From an uncultured Clostridium sp. (GTDB taxonomy: Bacteria; Bacillota; Clostridia; TANB77; CAG-465): DNA of 63,877 nt. The translations under genes and the position numbers were made by a program. Shown here piece after piece: positions 36,853-47,983 of the stretch. Positions within the stretch are counted from its first letter, which is position 1, and the number at the start of each line of letters is the position of its first letter. Location of the stretch: the NCBI GenBank assembly GCA_900553785.1, contig USES01000004.1, positions 1 to 63,877 on the forward strand, in the 5' to 3' direction. Below the pieces are notes generated by a model, which saw only the letters and a list, made by a program, of their open reading frames with translations, was not told the origin of the DNA and searched no databases.

Positions 36853-37089
36853 TTATTCTTTTGGAATTAGGTAAAAAAATATTACACCCACAACAATTAA
36901 GATACTTGCTACTATAATTCCAACAGATAAACTGTCGAAGGTTTTATTCATATCTGTGAATGAATCATTATATGGATTTACCATTAGTGTGTCACTAGGT
37001 GTACTATTGGTTAAGGTTGTAGCATATATATTAGTAAACAAAAATACTACTGTTGAAAAAATAACTACCGCGTATAAAAACTTTTTCAA
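36853..37089 (-). CDS. Small secreted/membrane hypothetical protein
   Basis: TTG start 37089 behind GGAGGTG. N-terminal signal-like helix and C-terminal TM. Confidence 0.5.
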   Translation of the reverse strand: MKKFLYAVVIFSTVVFLFTNIYATTLTNSTPSDTLMVNPYNDSFTDMNKTFDSLSVGIIVASILIVVGVIFFYLIPKE

Positions 37090-37198
37090 AATATTCACCT
37101 CCAATGCATGATTATATTTTGTGTTAATAAAATATAACAAATACTAACAATTGTGAAAAAGAATAAATTTGTTTAATTTGAATATAGTTATAATTAGA

Positions 37199-37417
37199 AT
37201 GATGGAAAAAAATATTTTAGATTCTTCCGCAAATGATTTAATGGCTTTAGCAGTTACCTTTTGTGCATATATGGGTAATTTGTATGAAACTGATGATTTA
37301 GCAATACTTTCTGGATTTTTTAACGTGATAGGAGATGGACTTTCTTTGTATTCTGCGGTTTTAGCTAAAAAAAGCAGCAATGATTCTGAAAAAAGTGAAA
37401 TTACAAAAAAGGAATAA
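37199..37417 (+). CDS. Small hypothetical protein, possibly leaderless
   Basis: No SD. TATAAT at 37189-37194 ends 4 nt before ATG 37199. Confidence 0.4.
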   Translation: MMEKNILDSSANDLMALAVTFCAYMGNLYETDDLAILSGFFNVIGDGLSLYSAVLAKKSSNDSEKSEITKKE

Positions 37418-37474
37418 AACTAATATTGACAAAATATAATTTAAATGGTATCATATATTTGCTTTGTAGGATAT

Positions 37475-37548
<74 letters not shown>

Positions 37549-37551
37549 ATT

Positions 37552-37596
37552 AAAAAGGAACTTTGAGTGAATTTAGTCACTCTAAGTTCCTTTTTG
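37552..37596. terminator. Bidirectional terminator
   Basis: AAAAAGGAACTT-GAGTGA / TCACTC-AAGTTCCTTTTT long stem. Confidence 0.8.
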
Positions 37597-37806
37597 TTAG
37601 TTATACTTTTCAGAATGTTGAACATTAGAATATTCATATGAAGAACAAGCGGTATCTTTTAATGGATCTTGAGTCATTTTATGAGAACAAGGGCATACTT
37701 GAATTTCTTCTAATCTGCACGTACTATTTTCTATACAATTATGTGTACAATCTGATACGTTACACTTAATTTTTTGCTCTCCTAAATTTTTGTTCATATT
37801 TTTCAC
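37597..37806 (-). CDS. DUF1540-type Cys-rich small protein
   Basis: CNVSDCTHNC...C...VCPC pattern. Confidence 0.7.
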   Translation of the reverse strand: MKNMNKNLGEQKIKCNVSDCTHNCIENSTCRLEEIQVCPCSHKMTQDPLKDTACSSYEYSNVQHSEKYN

Positions 37807-37938
37807 CTCAACATTAGTTTGTATAAATAATATTAAAATTATACAATAAATTTTAATTTTTTTATGTAATGTATATTTTTATAAAAACTTGTGGTATAAT
37901 AATCTAAAATATATGTCGAAAATTGTCGGAGGGTGTAA

Positions 37939-38817
37939 ATGGAAAATATTACAGAGAAGAAAAAAATTAATGTTTTTGGAATGGATATCTGGAAAATATT
38001 TGCATATTTTATTACATTTTGCATAGCAGGTTTTTTACTTGAGACCATGTACGCCTTTGTGACAAAAGGAACTGTTGAAAGTAGAAGGGGATTTGTTTAT
38101 GGACCATTTTGTCCTATATACGGACTTGGTGGAGTAGTAATGGCAGTTTTTTTACAATATTTTAAAAAGAATAATTTTACGATTTTTTTAGGTGGAGCAT
38201 TGATAGGCTCTATCGTAGAATATTTAATTAGTTTTATAGGAGAATATGTATTTAATGTTAAATGGTGGGATTATTCTTATATGACATTTCACATAAACGG
38301 GAGAATTTGCTTAGTGTATTCGATCATCTGGGGATTGCTGTCAATACCATTTATGAAATTTATTTGTGAATATATAGATAATTTTATAGAAATAATTGAA
38401 AAAAGATGGGGAACTGTTAGATTTAAAAAAGTAACTGCTATGATAATGTTTTTTCTTTTAGTTGATGGAATTGCTACTGTATTTGCATTAAGAATTTTTT
38501 CAGATAGATTAGTATATACATATGACCTAGATGTAGCAAATAAAGACGAAGTGGTGGCAGAATACGAAAGAATAGTTTCAAATGATAAAATTAAGTACGT
38601 GACAGAAAAGCTGTTCTCTAATGAGAAAATGTTAAGGACATACCCTAATTTGACTATAGGCAAACAGGATGGAACAACAGTGTATGTCAGTTCATTAGTA
38701 ACAACGGTAACTCCGTATTATTACAAACTAAAACCATCAGATGAGACTATTATGTATAAATTATCTAAAATTAGAGAAAAAATAATGAGTGGAGAGCTTT
38801 TTGACAGGGGGAAGTAA
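37939..38817 (+). CDS. Membrane protein of the putative ABC-transporter type IV family (PF06541-like)
   Basis: YGPFCPIYGLGG motif, multiple TM helices. Confidence 0.65.
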   Translation: MENITEKKKINVFGMDIWKIFAYFITFCIAGFLLETMYAFVTKGTVESRRGFVYGPFCPIYGLGGVVMAVFLQYFKKNNFTIFLGGALIGSIVEYLISFIGEYVFNVKWWDYSYMTFHINGRICLVYSIIWGLLSIPFMKFICEYIDNFIEIIEKRWGTVRFKKVTAMIMFFLLVDGIATVFALRIFSDRLVYTYDLDVANKDEVVAEYERIVSNDKIKYVTEKLFSNEKMLRTYPNLTIGKQDGTTVYVSSLVTTVTPYYYKLKPSDETIMYKLSKIREKIMSGELFDRGK

Positions 38818-38828
38818 CATTTGAAGCA

Positions 38829-38857
38829 TTGACAAATAACATAAAATATAGTAAAAT
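38829..38857 (+). promoter_or_regulatory. Sigma-A promoter
   Basis: TTGACA, 17 nt, TAAAAT. Confidence 0.6.
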
Positions 38858-38896
38858 CTACCGATTAGCTTAAATTAAAGAAAGGAAGATGAGAAA

Positions 38897-40522
38897 GTGG
38901 GTAAATTGACGTATATATTTGGACATAGAAGACCTGATACTGATTCAGTAACATCTGCAATAGCGTTATCATTTTTAAAAAATGAGTTAGGTTTTAATAC
39001 TAAGCCGGTAATATTAGATGCGATAAATAATGAAACTGAGTTTGCTCTTAATTATTTTGGAATAGAAACACCAGAATTTTTAAACGATGTTAAATTACAG
39101 GTAAAAGATTTAGATTATTATAGTGATTGTTATATGTATGAAAATTCAACTATAAAAGAAGCGTATGATTACATGAAAAGCAATAACATTACTGGTGTGC
39201 CATTGGTAGATAGAGAAAGAAAATTAAAGGGGTTAGTAACTGTTAAAATGTTGGGAAATGATTTAGTAAATGGAGATTTTACACATTTACTAACTTCATA
39301 TGATAATATAGTAAAGACATTAAATGGAAAAGAAATTTTGAAGTTTGATAATGAAATAGATGGCAATATTATAGCTGCTGCATTTAAGAGTACTACGATA
39401 CTTAGTGAAATATCTGTAGATAGAAGTAATATACTTATTGTAGGTGATAGACATAGTGTTATTGAATATGCCGTAAATAACGGAGTACAACTTATAGTTT
39501 TGGTCGGAAATCACCAAATCAAAGATGAACATCTTGAAATTGCTAAGAAAAATAAAGTAAATATAATTCAAACTCCTTTTGATACATTTCATACAGCCAA
39601 AATGATAGGGCTAAGCGAATATGTAAAAAAATTGCTATCTGATGAAAGAATAGAAAAACTTGAACCTGATGAGTATTTTGATAATTTCTTAGCATTAAGT
39701 GGAAAACAAGGGTATAACAATTATCCAATTGTATCTAAAGATGGGAAGTGTTTGGGACTTATTAGGGTTACAGATATTAAAAACAAACATAGAAAAAAAG
39801 TAATATTGGTTGATCATAATGAATCTACTCAAAGTGCAGTTGGTTTGGATGAGGCTGAAATACAAGAAATTGTCGATCACCACAAAATAGGAGACCTTAC
39901 AACAAATAAGCCAATAAACTTTAGAAATATGACAGTAGGAAGTACAAACACCATCGTATACATGATGTATATTGAGACTAACATTAGGATACCTAAGAAA
40001 ATTGCTGGTATAATGATGGCCGGAATAATTTCAGATACATTGTGTTTAACAAGTCCAACTACTACAGATAAAGATAGAGAAGTTTTAGGCGATTTATCTA
40101 AAATTGCTGGAGTAGATATAGAGCAGTTTTCAAAAGAAATGTTTAAAGCTGGAACTAAGTTAGAAGGAAAGAGCAAAGAAGAAATTTTGAACGAGGATAT
40201 GAAGATATTCCCTATCAATGATAGAAAAGTGGCAATTTCTCAAATTCTTACTTTAAATTCAGATGAAATTTTGAAGGATAAAGAAGAATATGCTGAAATC
40301 ATGGAAAAGATTTCAAATGCAAAAGATTATAGTATATTTGCTTTTTGTGTAACTGATATAAATTCTAAGGGGTCATATTTGTTATATAGTAAAGAATCTG
40401 AAGCAGTTTTAAAAGAAGCTTTGAACTTGGAAAGCATAGAACAAGGTATATACATGCCAGGAATTATTTCTAGAAAAAAACAGTTTGTCCCAATGATAAT
40501 GAAGTATTTACAACAAAGTTAA
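38897..40522 (+). CDS. Family II (DHH) inorganic pyrophosphatase with a CBS/DRTGG insert
   Basis: GHRRPDTDS, VDHNE and DHHA2 segments. ~540 aa. GTG start behind GGAAG. Confidence 0.85.
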   Translation: MGKLTYIFGHRRPDTDSVTSAIALSFLKNELGFNTKPVILDAINNETEFALNYFGIETPEFLNDVKLQVKDLDYYSDCYMYENSTIKEAYDYMKSNNITGVPLVDRERKLKGLVTVKMLGNDLVNGDFTHLLTSYDNIVKTLNGKEILKFDNEIDGNIIAAAFKSTTILSEISVDRSNILIVGDRHSVIEYAVNNGVQLIVLVGNHQIKDEHLEIAKKNKVNIIQTPFDTFHTAKMIGLSEYVKKLLSDERIEKLEPDEYFDNFLALSGKQGYNNYPIVSKDGKCLGLIRVTDIKNKHRKKVILVDHNESTQSAVGLDEAEIQEIVDHHKIGDLTTNKPINFRNMTVGSTNTIVYMMYIETNIRIPKKIAGIMMAGIISDTLCLTSPTTTDKDREVLGDLSKIAGVDIEQFSKEMFKAGTKLEGKSKEEILNEDMKIFPINDRKVAISQILTLNSDEILKDKEEYAEIMEKISNAKDYSIFAFCVTDINSKGSYLLYSKESEAVLKEALNLESIEQGIYMPGIISRKKQFVPMIMKYLQQS

Positions 40523-40551
40523 AAAGGAGCCAAATTACAAGGCCCCTTTTT
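40522..40551 (+). terminator. Terminator
   Basis: AAGGAGCC / GGCCCCTT stem plus a T-run. Confidence 0.6.
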
Positions 40552-40634
40552 AATTTGCAAAAATTATAATGTTATGGTATAATATAATCATAGTATTTAA
40601 TACTAATAAAAATTTAAAAATTTTTTATGAAAGG

Positions 40635-40650
40635 CACAACAATTGTTGTG
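40635..40650 (+). promoter_or_regulatory. Perfect 16-bp palindrome CACAACAATTGTTGTG abutting the SD
   Basis: Read directly. TAAGGGA follows immediately. Confidence 0.7.
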
Positions 40651-40664
40651 TAAGGGACATTAAA

Positions 40665-41033
40665 ATGACATGCACGTTAGTTAAAAGAGTAGCTTTTTGT
40701 TTGGCAGTAGTAATGTTTGCATTGCTGGTTTACACTATTTTCGTTGGTGTTCGGTTGTCTTATTGTTCATTTTGCATAATAGATGCAAGGAGCTTTATGA
40801 GTCAAGAATCTGCTGATGAAGTGTACCTCGATATGAATGAGTTCAGACAAGAGATTGCCGATGAATGCGAATATGCATACATACTTTGCCATGCTAGTTC
40901 TTTGATGAGGTCAGCGATTGTGCTTGCAGAAGTAGCAGTTATTTTTGTTAGCTTTATGCTGTGGACTCTTATCAATGACATTGAAAGAGAAGTCGCAAGA
41001 AACCGTGCAAGAGCCAGAAGAAGTAGGGGGTAA
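40665..41033 (+). CDS. Hypothetical two-TM protein with an acidic middle and an Arg-rich C-terminus
   Basis: Start moved to ATG 40665 behind AAGGGA. G/C-richer codon usage. Confidence 0.6.
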   Translation: MTCTLVKRVAFCLAVVMFALLVYTIFVGVRLSYCSFCIIDARSFMSQESADEVYLDMNEFRQEIADECEYAYILCHASSLMRSAIVLAEVAVIFVSFMLWTLINDIEREVARNRARARRSRG

Positions 41034-41109
41034 TACTCCTACTTCTTTGCGTGTAATTGCTTACTTTCTGTAATTCTGGTGACTATATATTTACATAAAG
41101 ATGCATTTG

Positions 41110-41118
41110 TGGTATAAT
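41110..41118 (+). promoter_or_regulatory. Extended -10 element TGGTATAAT
   Basis: Read directly, 24 nt upstream of the palindrome. Confidence 0.5.
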
Positions 41119-41142
41119 ACCCAAGTAGAGTACTTTTACTAA

Positions 41143-41156
41143 AATAAAATTTTATT
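41143..41156 (+). promoter_or_regulatory. Perfect 14-bp palindrome AATAAAATTTTATT abutting the SD
   Basis: Read directly. GGAGGA follows immediately. Confidence 0.65.
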
Positions 41157-41170
41157 GGAGGAAAAACATT

Positions 41171-42424
41171 ATGTGTAAGGAAATCTTTGAAACGTATGAA
41201 TCCGAAGTAAGATCTTATTGCCGGTCTTGGCCTGCTGTTTTTACGAGGGCTAAAGGTAGTAAGATATATGACACAAACGGAAAGGAATACCTTGACTTTT
41301 TTAGCGGAGCAGGTGCGCTAAACTATGGACACAACAATGAGTATATTAAAGGCAAACTCATTGATTATTTGCAAAATGATGGCATAGTTCATGGATTGGA
41401 CATGTATACGTCAGCTAAAGCTGAATTTATTGAGACTTTTGAACAAAGCGTTCTTAAACCTCGAGGGCTGGATTATAAAATTCAGTTTACAGGTCCTACA
41501 GGAACTAACGCTGTTGAAGCTGCTTTAAAGCTTGCTAGAAAGTATACCGGAAGACAAAATGTATTTGCGCTTATGGGCGCATTTCATGGCATGACGCTTG
41601 GCTCTTTGGCACTTACCAGTGCAAGTGGTAGTAGAAAGGGAGCGGGTATTTCGCTTAACAACGTGTATCACGTTCCGGCGCCATATATGTTTCCTGATAT
41701 GGACGTCTTAAAGTTTATTGAGACCATTCTCGAGGATGAACATTCAGGAGTGGAAATTCCGGCAGCTTTTGTACTTGAAACTGTGCAGGCAGAGGGAGGC
41801 GTACATGTATTAAGCAATGAATTTTTACATGGAGTAAGGAGAATTTGCGATAAGTATGGAATCTTGCTTGTTGTTGATGATATACAGGTGGGATGCGGAA
41901 GAACTGGAACGTTCTTTTCGTTTGAAAAAACAGGCGTAGTACCTGACATAGTAACGCTTTCCAAATCTATAAGTGGCTATGGGCTCCCTATGGCAATTGT
42001 ACTCTTCAAGCCTAAGCTTGACATCTGGACACCTGGCGAACATAATGGAACGTTCCGTGGAAATCAGCCTGCATTTGTTACCGCTAAGGCTGGAATTGAA
42101 CTCATGATAAATGACAGGATACCTGAGCGTGTCAACTACATTGGAAAGGTTCTAAAGGAACGTTTAAAAACGGAAATTGAGCTTTCAGACCTTGAGAGAC
42201 GTTGCGAAGTACGTGGAAAAGGCTTAATTCTTGGAATTGATGTTCACGATGAAGAAATTGCCAAGAAAGTAGCATCTAAGTGCTTTGATGATGGACTTAT
42301 CATCGAACGAACAGGTAGACACAGTACTACGATTAAAATATTGCCTCCGCTTACCATTGAAGAAGACGAACTTTATTATGGTACGGGGATTATCATGGAC
42401 AACCTTAGAGAAGTGCTTGGATAA
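41171..42424 (+). CDS. Class III aminotransferase, diaminobutyrate--2-oxoglutarate transaminase (EctB/Dat)-like
   Basis: ESEVRSYCRSWPAVFTRAKGS N-terminus typical of EctB/Dat. DDIQVGCGRTG and the TLSKS Lys motif. Confidence 0.8.
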   Translation: MCKEIFETYESEVRSYCRSWPAVFTRAKGSKIYDTNGKEYLDFFSGAGALNYGHNNEYIKGKLIDYLQNDGIVHGLDMYTSAKAEFIETFEQSVLKPRGLDYKIQFTGPTGTNAVEAALKLARKYTGRQNVFALMGAFHGMTLGSLALTSASGSRKGAGISLNNVYHVPAPYMFPDMDVLKFIETILEDEHSGVEIPAAFVLETVQAEGGVHVLSNEFLHGVRRICDKYGILLVVDDIQVGCGRTGTFFSFEKTGVVPDIVTLSKSISGYGLPMAIVLFKPKLDIWTPGEHNGTFRGNQPAFVTAKAGIELMINDRIPERVNYIGKVLKERLKTEIELSDLERRCEVRGKGLILGIDVHDEEIAKKVASKCFDDGLIIERTGRHSTTIKILPPLTIEEDELYYGTGIIMDNLREVLG

Positions 42425-42429
42425 CTGCA

Positions 42430-42470
42430 AAAAAATCAACCAAAATCAACTATTTTGGTTGATTTTTTTT
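42430..42470 (+). terminator. Terminator
   Basis: ATCAACCAAAAT / ATTTTGGTTGAT 12-bp stem and a T8 run. Confidence 0.85.
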
Positions 42471-42540
42471 ATATATAATGATATAATAATAAAGCGTTTG
42501 TGTGAAATACACAAACAAAAATAAAGGGAGGTGAATTCAA

Positions 42541-42954
42541 GTGCCAACATTTGCACAATTAGTTAGAAAAGGAAGACAAGATAAAACTACAAAATCTAAG
42601 TCTCCAGCTTTACAAAGAGGATATAACTCTCGTAAAAAAACTGCGACTGATGTATCATCACCACAAAAACGTGGAGTATGTACAGTAGTTAAAACTCAAA
42701 CACCTAAAAAGCCTAACTCTGCCCTAAGGAAAGTAGCCAGAGTAAAACTTACAAATGGAATGGAAGTTTCTGCTTATATTCCAGGTATAGGTCACAATCT
42801 ACAAGAGCATAGCGTTGTTCTAATCAGAGGTGGAAGAGTAAAAGATCTTCCAGGTGTAAGATACCATATAGTTAGAGGTGTTCTTGATACAGCTGGCGTT
42901 GCCGGACGTGTTCAAGCAAAATCTAAGTATGGTGCTAAAAAAGGTAAGAAATAA
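42541..42954 (+). CDS. rpsL: 30S ribosomal protein S12
   Basis: [11 protein letters not shown]...[10 protein letters not shown] sequence. GTG start behind GGGAGGTG. Confidence 0.97.
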   Translation: MPTFAQLVRKGRQDKTTKSKSPALQRGYNSRKKTATDVSSPQKRGVCTVVKTQTPKKPNSALRKVARVKLTNGMEVSAYIPGIGHNLQEHSVVLIRGGRVKDLPGVRYHIVRGVLDTAGVAGRVQAKSKYGAKKGKK

Positions 42955-43033
42955 TCTTTTTTAGTTTTGGTGCTTGATTTATATAGTAAATTTAAAGCAC
43001 TGACAAAATGTTAAAATTTTGAGTACCGAATAA

Positions 43034-43522
<489 letters not shown>

Positions 43523-43555
43523 TAACCAAAGAGATTTTAAGGAGGAAAGTAAAAA

Positions 43556-45640
43556 ATGGCAGGTAGAGAATATCCTCTTGAGAGGACAAGAAATATCGGT
43601 ATCATGGCTCACATCGATGCTGGTAAAACTACTACAACAGAAAGAATACTTTTCTATACAGGTAAAACTCACAAAATAGGTGAGGTTCACGATGGTGGAG
43701 CTACAATGGACTGGATGGCTCAAGAGCAAGAAAGAGGTATAACAATTACTTCTGCTGCAACAACTTGTTTCTGGAGAAACAATAGAATAAACATTATTGA
43801 TACTCCAGGTCACGTTGACTTTACAATAGAGGTTGAGCGTTCTTTAAGAGTACTTGACGGTTCAGTTACAGTACTTTGTGCAAAAGGTGGCGTACAACCA
43901 CAATCTGAGACTGTATGGAGACAGGCTAATAAATATAAAGTACCAAGAATGGTATACGTTAATAAAATGGATATCATGGGTGCAGATTTCTTTAATTGTG
44001 TTGAACAATTAAGAACTCGTCTTGGTGCAAATGCAGTACCTATTCAATTGCCTATTGGAAAAGAAGATACTTTTAAAGGTATCGTTGACCTAGTTGAAAT
44101 GAAAGCATATGTATATTATGATGAACTAGGAAAAGATATCAGAGAAGAAGAAATTCCAGAAGACATGAAAGAAATGGCTGAAAAATATAGAACAGAACTT
44201 CTAGATCACATTGCAGAATTTGATGAAGAAGTTATGATGAAGTATCTTGATGGCGAAGAACTTACAATTGATGAAATCAAAAAATGTATAAGACAATCTA
44301 CAATTGAAAACAAGATGGTAGCAGTAACTTGCGGCACATCTTATAAAAACAAGGGTGTTCAAAAACTACTTGATGCAATAGTAGATTACATGCCATCACC
44401 TTTAGATGTTGAACAAATTAAAGGTGTTACACCAGATGGTAAAGAAGAAGAAAGAATTTCTTCAGATTCTGAACCATTTGCAGCATTAGCATTTAAGATA
44501 GCTACTGACCCTTATGTTGGAAAACTTACATTCTTTAGAGTGTACTCTGGTACACTAGATAGTGGCTCATATGTATACAATGCAAATAAAGATAAGAAAG
44601 AACGTATTGGTCGTATACTTCAAATGCATGCTAATGAAAGAAAAGATATTGACAAAGTTTATTCTGGAGATATCGCAGCAGCAGTTGGCTTAAAAGAAGT
44701 TTATACTGGAGATACATTGTGTGATGAACAACACCCAATTATTCTTGAGTCAATAGAATTCCCAGAGCCAGTTATAGAAATTGCTATCGAGCCTAAGTCT
44801 AAAGCAGACCAAGAAAAAATGGGTATAGCATTAGCAAAACTTGCTGAAGAAGATCCATCATTTAAGACTTATACTAACCAAGAAACTGGTCAAACAATAA
44901 TTGCAGGTATGGGAGAACTTCACCTAGATATTATAGTAGATAGAATGAAGAGAGAATTCCATGTTGAAGCAAATGTTGGTGCTCCACAAGTTTCTTACAA
45001 GGAAACAATTAGAAAACCTGTTAAGGTTGAAGGAAAATTCATCCGTCAATCAGGTGGACGTGGACAATATGGTCATGTATGGCTAGAAGTTACACCAAAC
45101 GAACCAGGTAAAGGTTATGAATTTGAGTCTAAAATCGTTGGTGGTGTTGTTCCTAAAGAATACGTTAAACCAACTGATGAAGGTGTAAGAGAAGCTATGA
45201 AATCTGGTATACTTGCAGGGTACCCTGTAGTAGATGTTAAGGTTGCATTAGTAGATGGTTCTTACCACGATGTTGACTCATCTGAAGCAGCGTTTAAAGT
45301 TGCTGGTTCTATGGCATTTAAAGAAGCTTGCCGTCAAGGTGGAGCAGTACTATTAGAGCCAATAATGAAAGTTGAAGTAACAGTTCCTGAGGAATACATG
45401 GGAGATGTTATAGGAGACATAAACTCAAGACGTGGAAAAATGGAAGGTATGGAATCACAACATGGTTCACAACTTATCCGTGCATTTATCCCATTGTCTG
45501 AGATGTTTGGATATGCAACTGACCTAAGAAGTAAAACTCAGGGTAGAGGTACATATTCTATGGAACCAAGTCATTATGAAGAAGTTCCAAAGTCAGTTCT
45601 AGAAGCAATAGTTGGTTCTAGAGCCAAAAAACAAGACTAA
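43556..45640 (+). CDS. fusA: Elongation factor G
   Basis: [17 protein letters not shown], 694 aa. Confidence 0.97.
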   Translation: MAGREYPLERTRNIGIMAHIDAGKTTTTERILFYTGKTHKIGEVHDGGATMDWMAQEQERGITITSAATTCFWRNNRINIIDTPGHVDFTIEVERSLRVLDGSVTVLCAKGGVQPQSETVWRQANKYKVPRMVYVNKMDIMGADFFNCVEQLRTRLGANAVPIQLPIGKEDTFKGIVDLVEMKAYVYYDELGKDIREEEIPEDMKEMAEKYRTELLDHIAEFDEEVMMKYLDGEELTIDEIKKCIRQSTIENKMVAVTCGTSYKNKGVQKLLDAIVDYMPSPLDVEQIKGVTPDGKEEERISSDSEPFAALAFKIATDPYVGKLTFFRVYSGTLDSGSYVYNANKDKKERIGRILQMHANERKDIDKVYSGDIAAAVGLKEVYTGDTLCDEQHPIILESIEFPEPVIEIAIEPKSKADQEKMGIALAKLAEEDPSFKTYTNQETGQTIIAGMGELHLDIIVDRMKREFHVEANVGAPQVSYKETIRKPVKVEGKFIRQSGGRGQYGHVWLEVTPNEPGKGYEFESKIVGGVVPKEYVKPTDEGVREAMKSGILAGYPVVDVKVALVDGSYHDVDSSEAAFKVAGSMAFKEACRQGGAVLLEPIMKVEVTVPEEYMGDVIGDINSRRGKMEGMESQHGSQLIRAFIPLSEMFGYATDLRSKTQGRGTYSMEPSHYEEVPKSVLEAIVGSRAKKQD

Positions 45641-45677
45641 TTAAATTACATAATTTTGTCAAAAACGATTAAAAAGC

Positions 45678-45706
45678 TTGCATTATTTTAAGTAATATAG
45701 TAAAAT
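45678..45706 (+). promoter_or_regulatory. Internal sigma-A promoter ahead of tuf
   Basis: TTGCAT, 17 nt, TAAAAT. Confidence 0.55.
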
Positions 45707-45764
45707 ATCCTAAAATAATGCAGTAGCATTAATCGTAAAAGAATATAATAAGGAGGATTTAAAA

Positions 45765-46967
45765 ATGGCAAAAGCAAAGTTCGAAAGAACAAAACCACAC
45801 TGTAATGTTGGTACTATTGGTCACGTTGACCATGGTAAAACATCTTTAACAGCTGCTATAACTAAAGTTGCAGCTTTAATGGGTGGAGCAGAGTTTAAAG
45901 CATACGATCAAATCGATGCAGCTCCAGAAGAAAGAGCAAGAGGTATCACTATTTCTACAGCTCACGTTGAATATGAAACACCTAACAGACACTATGCACA
46001 CGTTGACTGCCCAGGTCACGCAGACTATGTTAAAAACATGATCACTGGTGCAGCACAAATGGATGGTGCTATCCTAGTTGTTTCTGCAGCAGATGGCCCA
46101 ATGCCACAAACAAGAGAGCACATACTACTTGCAAGACAAGTTGGTGTTCCTTATATCGTAGTATTTATGAATAAAGTAGACCAAGTTGATGATCCAGAAC
46201 TTCTTGAATTAGTTGAAATGGATATCCGTGATCTATTAAATAAATACGAATTCCCTGGAGACGAAGTACCTATAATAAAAGGTTCTGCTTTAAAAGCACT
46301 TGAATGTACTTCTACAGATCCTAATGCTCCAGAATATGCTCCAATTCGTGAGTTATTAGATGCAATAGACAAATACATCCCAACTCCTGAAAGAGCTACA
46401 GACAAACCTTTCTTAATGCCAATTGAAGACGTATTCACAATCACTGGTCGTGGTACAGTTGTAACTGGTAGAGTAGAAAGAGGAGAATTAAAAGTTGGTG
46501 ACGAAGTTGAAATCGTTGGTCTAACTGATGAAAAGAAGAAAACAGTAGTAACTGGTATAGAAATGTTCAGAAAATCTCTTGATTCAGCAGAAGCTGGAGA
46601 TAACGCTGGTGTTCTTCTAAGAGGAATTCAAAGAAACGAAGTTGAACGTGGTCAAGTTCTTGCTAAACCAGGAACAATTCACCCACACACTGAATTTGAA
46701 GCTGAAGTTTACATACTAACTAAAGAAGAAGGTGGAAGACATACTCCATTCTTCAATGGTTACAGACCTCAATTCTATTTCAGAACAACTGACGTTACTG
46801 GTGTAATTGATTTACCAGCAGATAAAGAAATGGTAATGCCAGGAGATAACGTAACAATGAAGATTAAGTTAATAACTCCTATCGCTATCGAAAAAGGATT
46901 AAAATTCGCTATTCGTGAAGGTGGTAGAACAGTTGGTGCAGGTTCTGTATCTAACATTATAGCTTAA
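45765..46967 (+). CDS. tuf: Elongation factor Tu
   Basis: [20 protein letters not shown]. 400 aa. Confidence 0.98.
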   Translation: MAKAKFERTKPHCNVGTIGHVDHGKTSLTAAITKVAALMGGAEFKAYDQIDAAPEERARGITISTAHVEYETPNRHYAHVDCPGHADYVKNMITGAAQMDGAILVVSAADGPMPQTREHILLARQVGVPYIVVFMNKVDQVDDPELLELVEMDIRDLLNKYEFPGDEVPIIKGSALKALECTSTDPNAPEYAPIRELLDAIDKYIPTPERATDKPFLMPIEDVFTITGRGTVVTGRVERGELKVGDEVEIVGLTDEKKKTVVTGIEMFRKSLDSAEAGDNAGVLLRGIQRNEVERGQVLAKPGTIHPHTEFEAEVYILTKEEGGRHTPFFNGYRPQFYFRTTDVTGVIDLPADKEMVMPGDNVTMKIKLITPIAIEKGLKFAIREGGRTVGAGSVSNIIA

Positions 46968-46987
46968 GCTTATTATAAGTTATTTAA

Positions 46988-47018
46988 CACTAGAGCATAA
47001 AGCTCTAGTGCTTTTTTT
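46988..47018 (+). terminator. Terminator of the str operon
   Basis: CACTAGAGC / GCTCTAGTG stem and a T7 run. Confidence 0.85.
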
Positions 47019-47045
47019 GTGGCTGTTACCGCCTAAGCGTCAAAA

Positions 47046-47074
47046 TTGACATAATATCTAGCGTGTGTTATAAT
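47046..47074 (+). promoter_or_regulatory. Consensus sigma-A promoter of the LRR1-LRR2 operon
   Basis: TTGACA, 17 nt, TGtTATAAT. Confidence 0.7.
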
Positions 47075-47099
47075 AAATAACGGGTTATAACGAAGATCC

Positions 47100-47115
47100 A
47101 TATTTAATTAAATAT
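47100..47115 (+). promoter_or_regulatory. Perfect 16-bp palindrome ATATTTAATTAAATAT abutting the SD
   Basis: Read directly. AGGAGGA follows immediately. Confidence 0.75.
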
Positions 47116-47129
47116 AGGAGGAATAAGTT

Positions 47130-47981
47130 GTGAAAATTGCAAGTGGAGAAAAAGTAAGAAATATTTTTTTCGATAAGGCTGGTGTTGCTATACCTGGTCG
47201 AGAATTACCTGACGATTTAATGGTGCTTGGAGATTTAAATTTAGGAGGCACGAATGTAGAGAGACTACCAAATGGCTTAGCAGTAAAAGGGAACTTGATC
47301 TTAAATAATACAAAAATAAGGAAGTTACCCAGTGATATCATAGTTGACGGTTCTATCAATTTAGAAGGTTCACTAATAGAGTTACTACCAGATAATTTAG
47401 AAGTTGAAGGTAATTTATGGCTTGGTAACACGAAAATTAAATTATTGCCAAGAAAATTAATTGTGCATGGTTCAATTAGTTTAAATGACTCTTCTATAGA
47501 GTGGTTGCCTGCTGATTTAGTTGTAGAAAGAAATCTTTGGCTTACAAATACAAAAATAAGATTGCTACCAGATAATTTTACTGTAGGAGAGAATCTTTGG
47601 ATAGACCATACAAAAATTAAGTGGTTACCAGATAATTTAACAGTAAATGGAAGTCTATGGTTAGGTTATACACCCATAAGGTCATTACCAAGTAATCTTA
47701 CTGTAGGTAATAGTTTGTGGCTTATTAACGCAAAGATTAAAACGTTACCCGAAGATATTATGGTAGGAGGATCAATTGACTTAAGTAATTCGCAATTAGA
47801 ATATCTACCAGATAATTTAGATGTTGGTGCTAGTCTTTGGCTAAGTAATACAAAGATAAGAACATTGCCTAAAAATCTTACTGTAGGTGGAGATCTTTGG
47901 TTAGGCGGAACATCAATAGATGTATTGCCAGAAGATTTAATGGTAAGAGGAGAAATTTATTTTAGCTCATGGAGGAATTAA
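47130..47981 (+). CDS. LRR-like solenoid protein 1 (12 full 20-residue repeats, no signal peptide)
   Basis: Repeat consensus LPxNLxVxGxLWLxxTxIxx. GTG start behind AGGAGGA. Confidence 0.8.
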   Translation: MKIASGEKVRNIFFDKAGVAIPGRELPDDLMVLGDLNLGGTNVERLPNGLAVKGNLILNNTKIRKLPSDIIVDGSINLEGSLIELLPDNLEVEGNLWLGNTKIKLLPRKLIVHGSISLNDSSIEWLPADLVVERNLWLTNTKIRLLPDNFTVGENLWIDHTKIKWLPDNLTVNGSLWLGYTPIRSLPSNLTVGNSLWLINAKIKTLPEDIMVGGSIDLSNSQLEYLPDNLDVGASLWLSNTKIRTLPKNLTVGGDLWLGGTSIDVLPEDLMVRGEIYFSSWRN

Positions 47982-47983
47982 GT

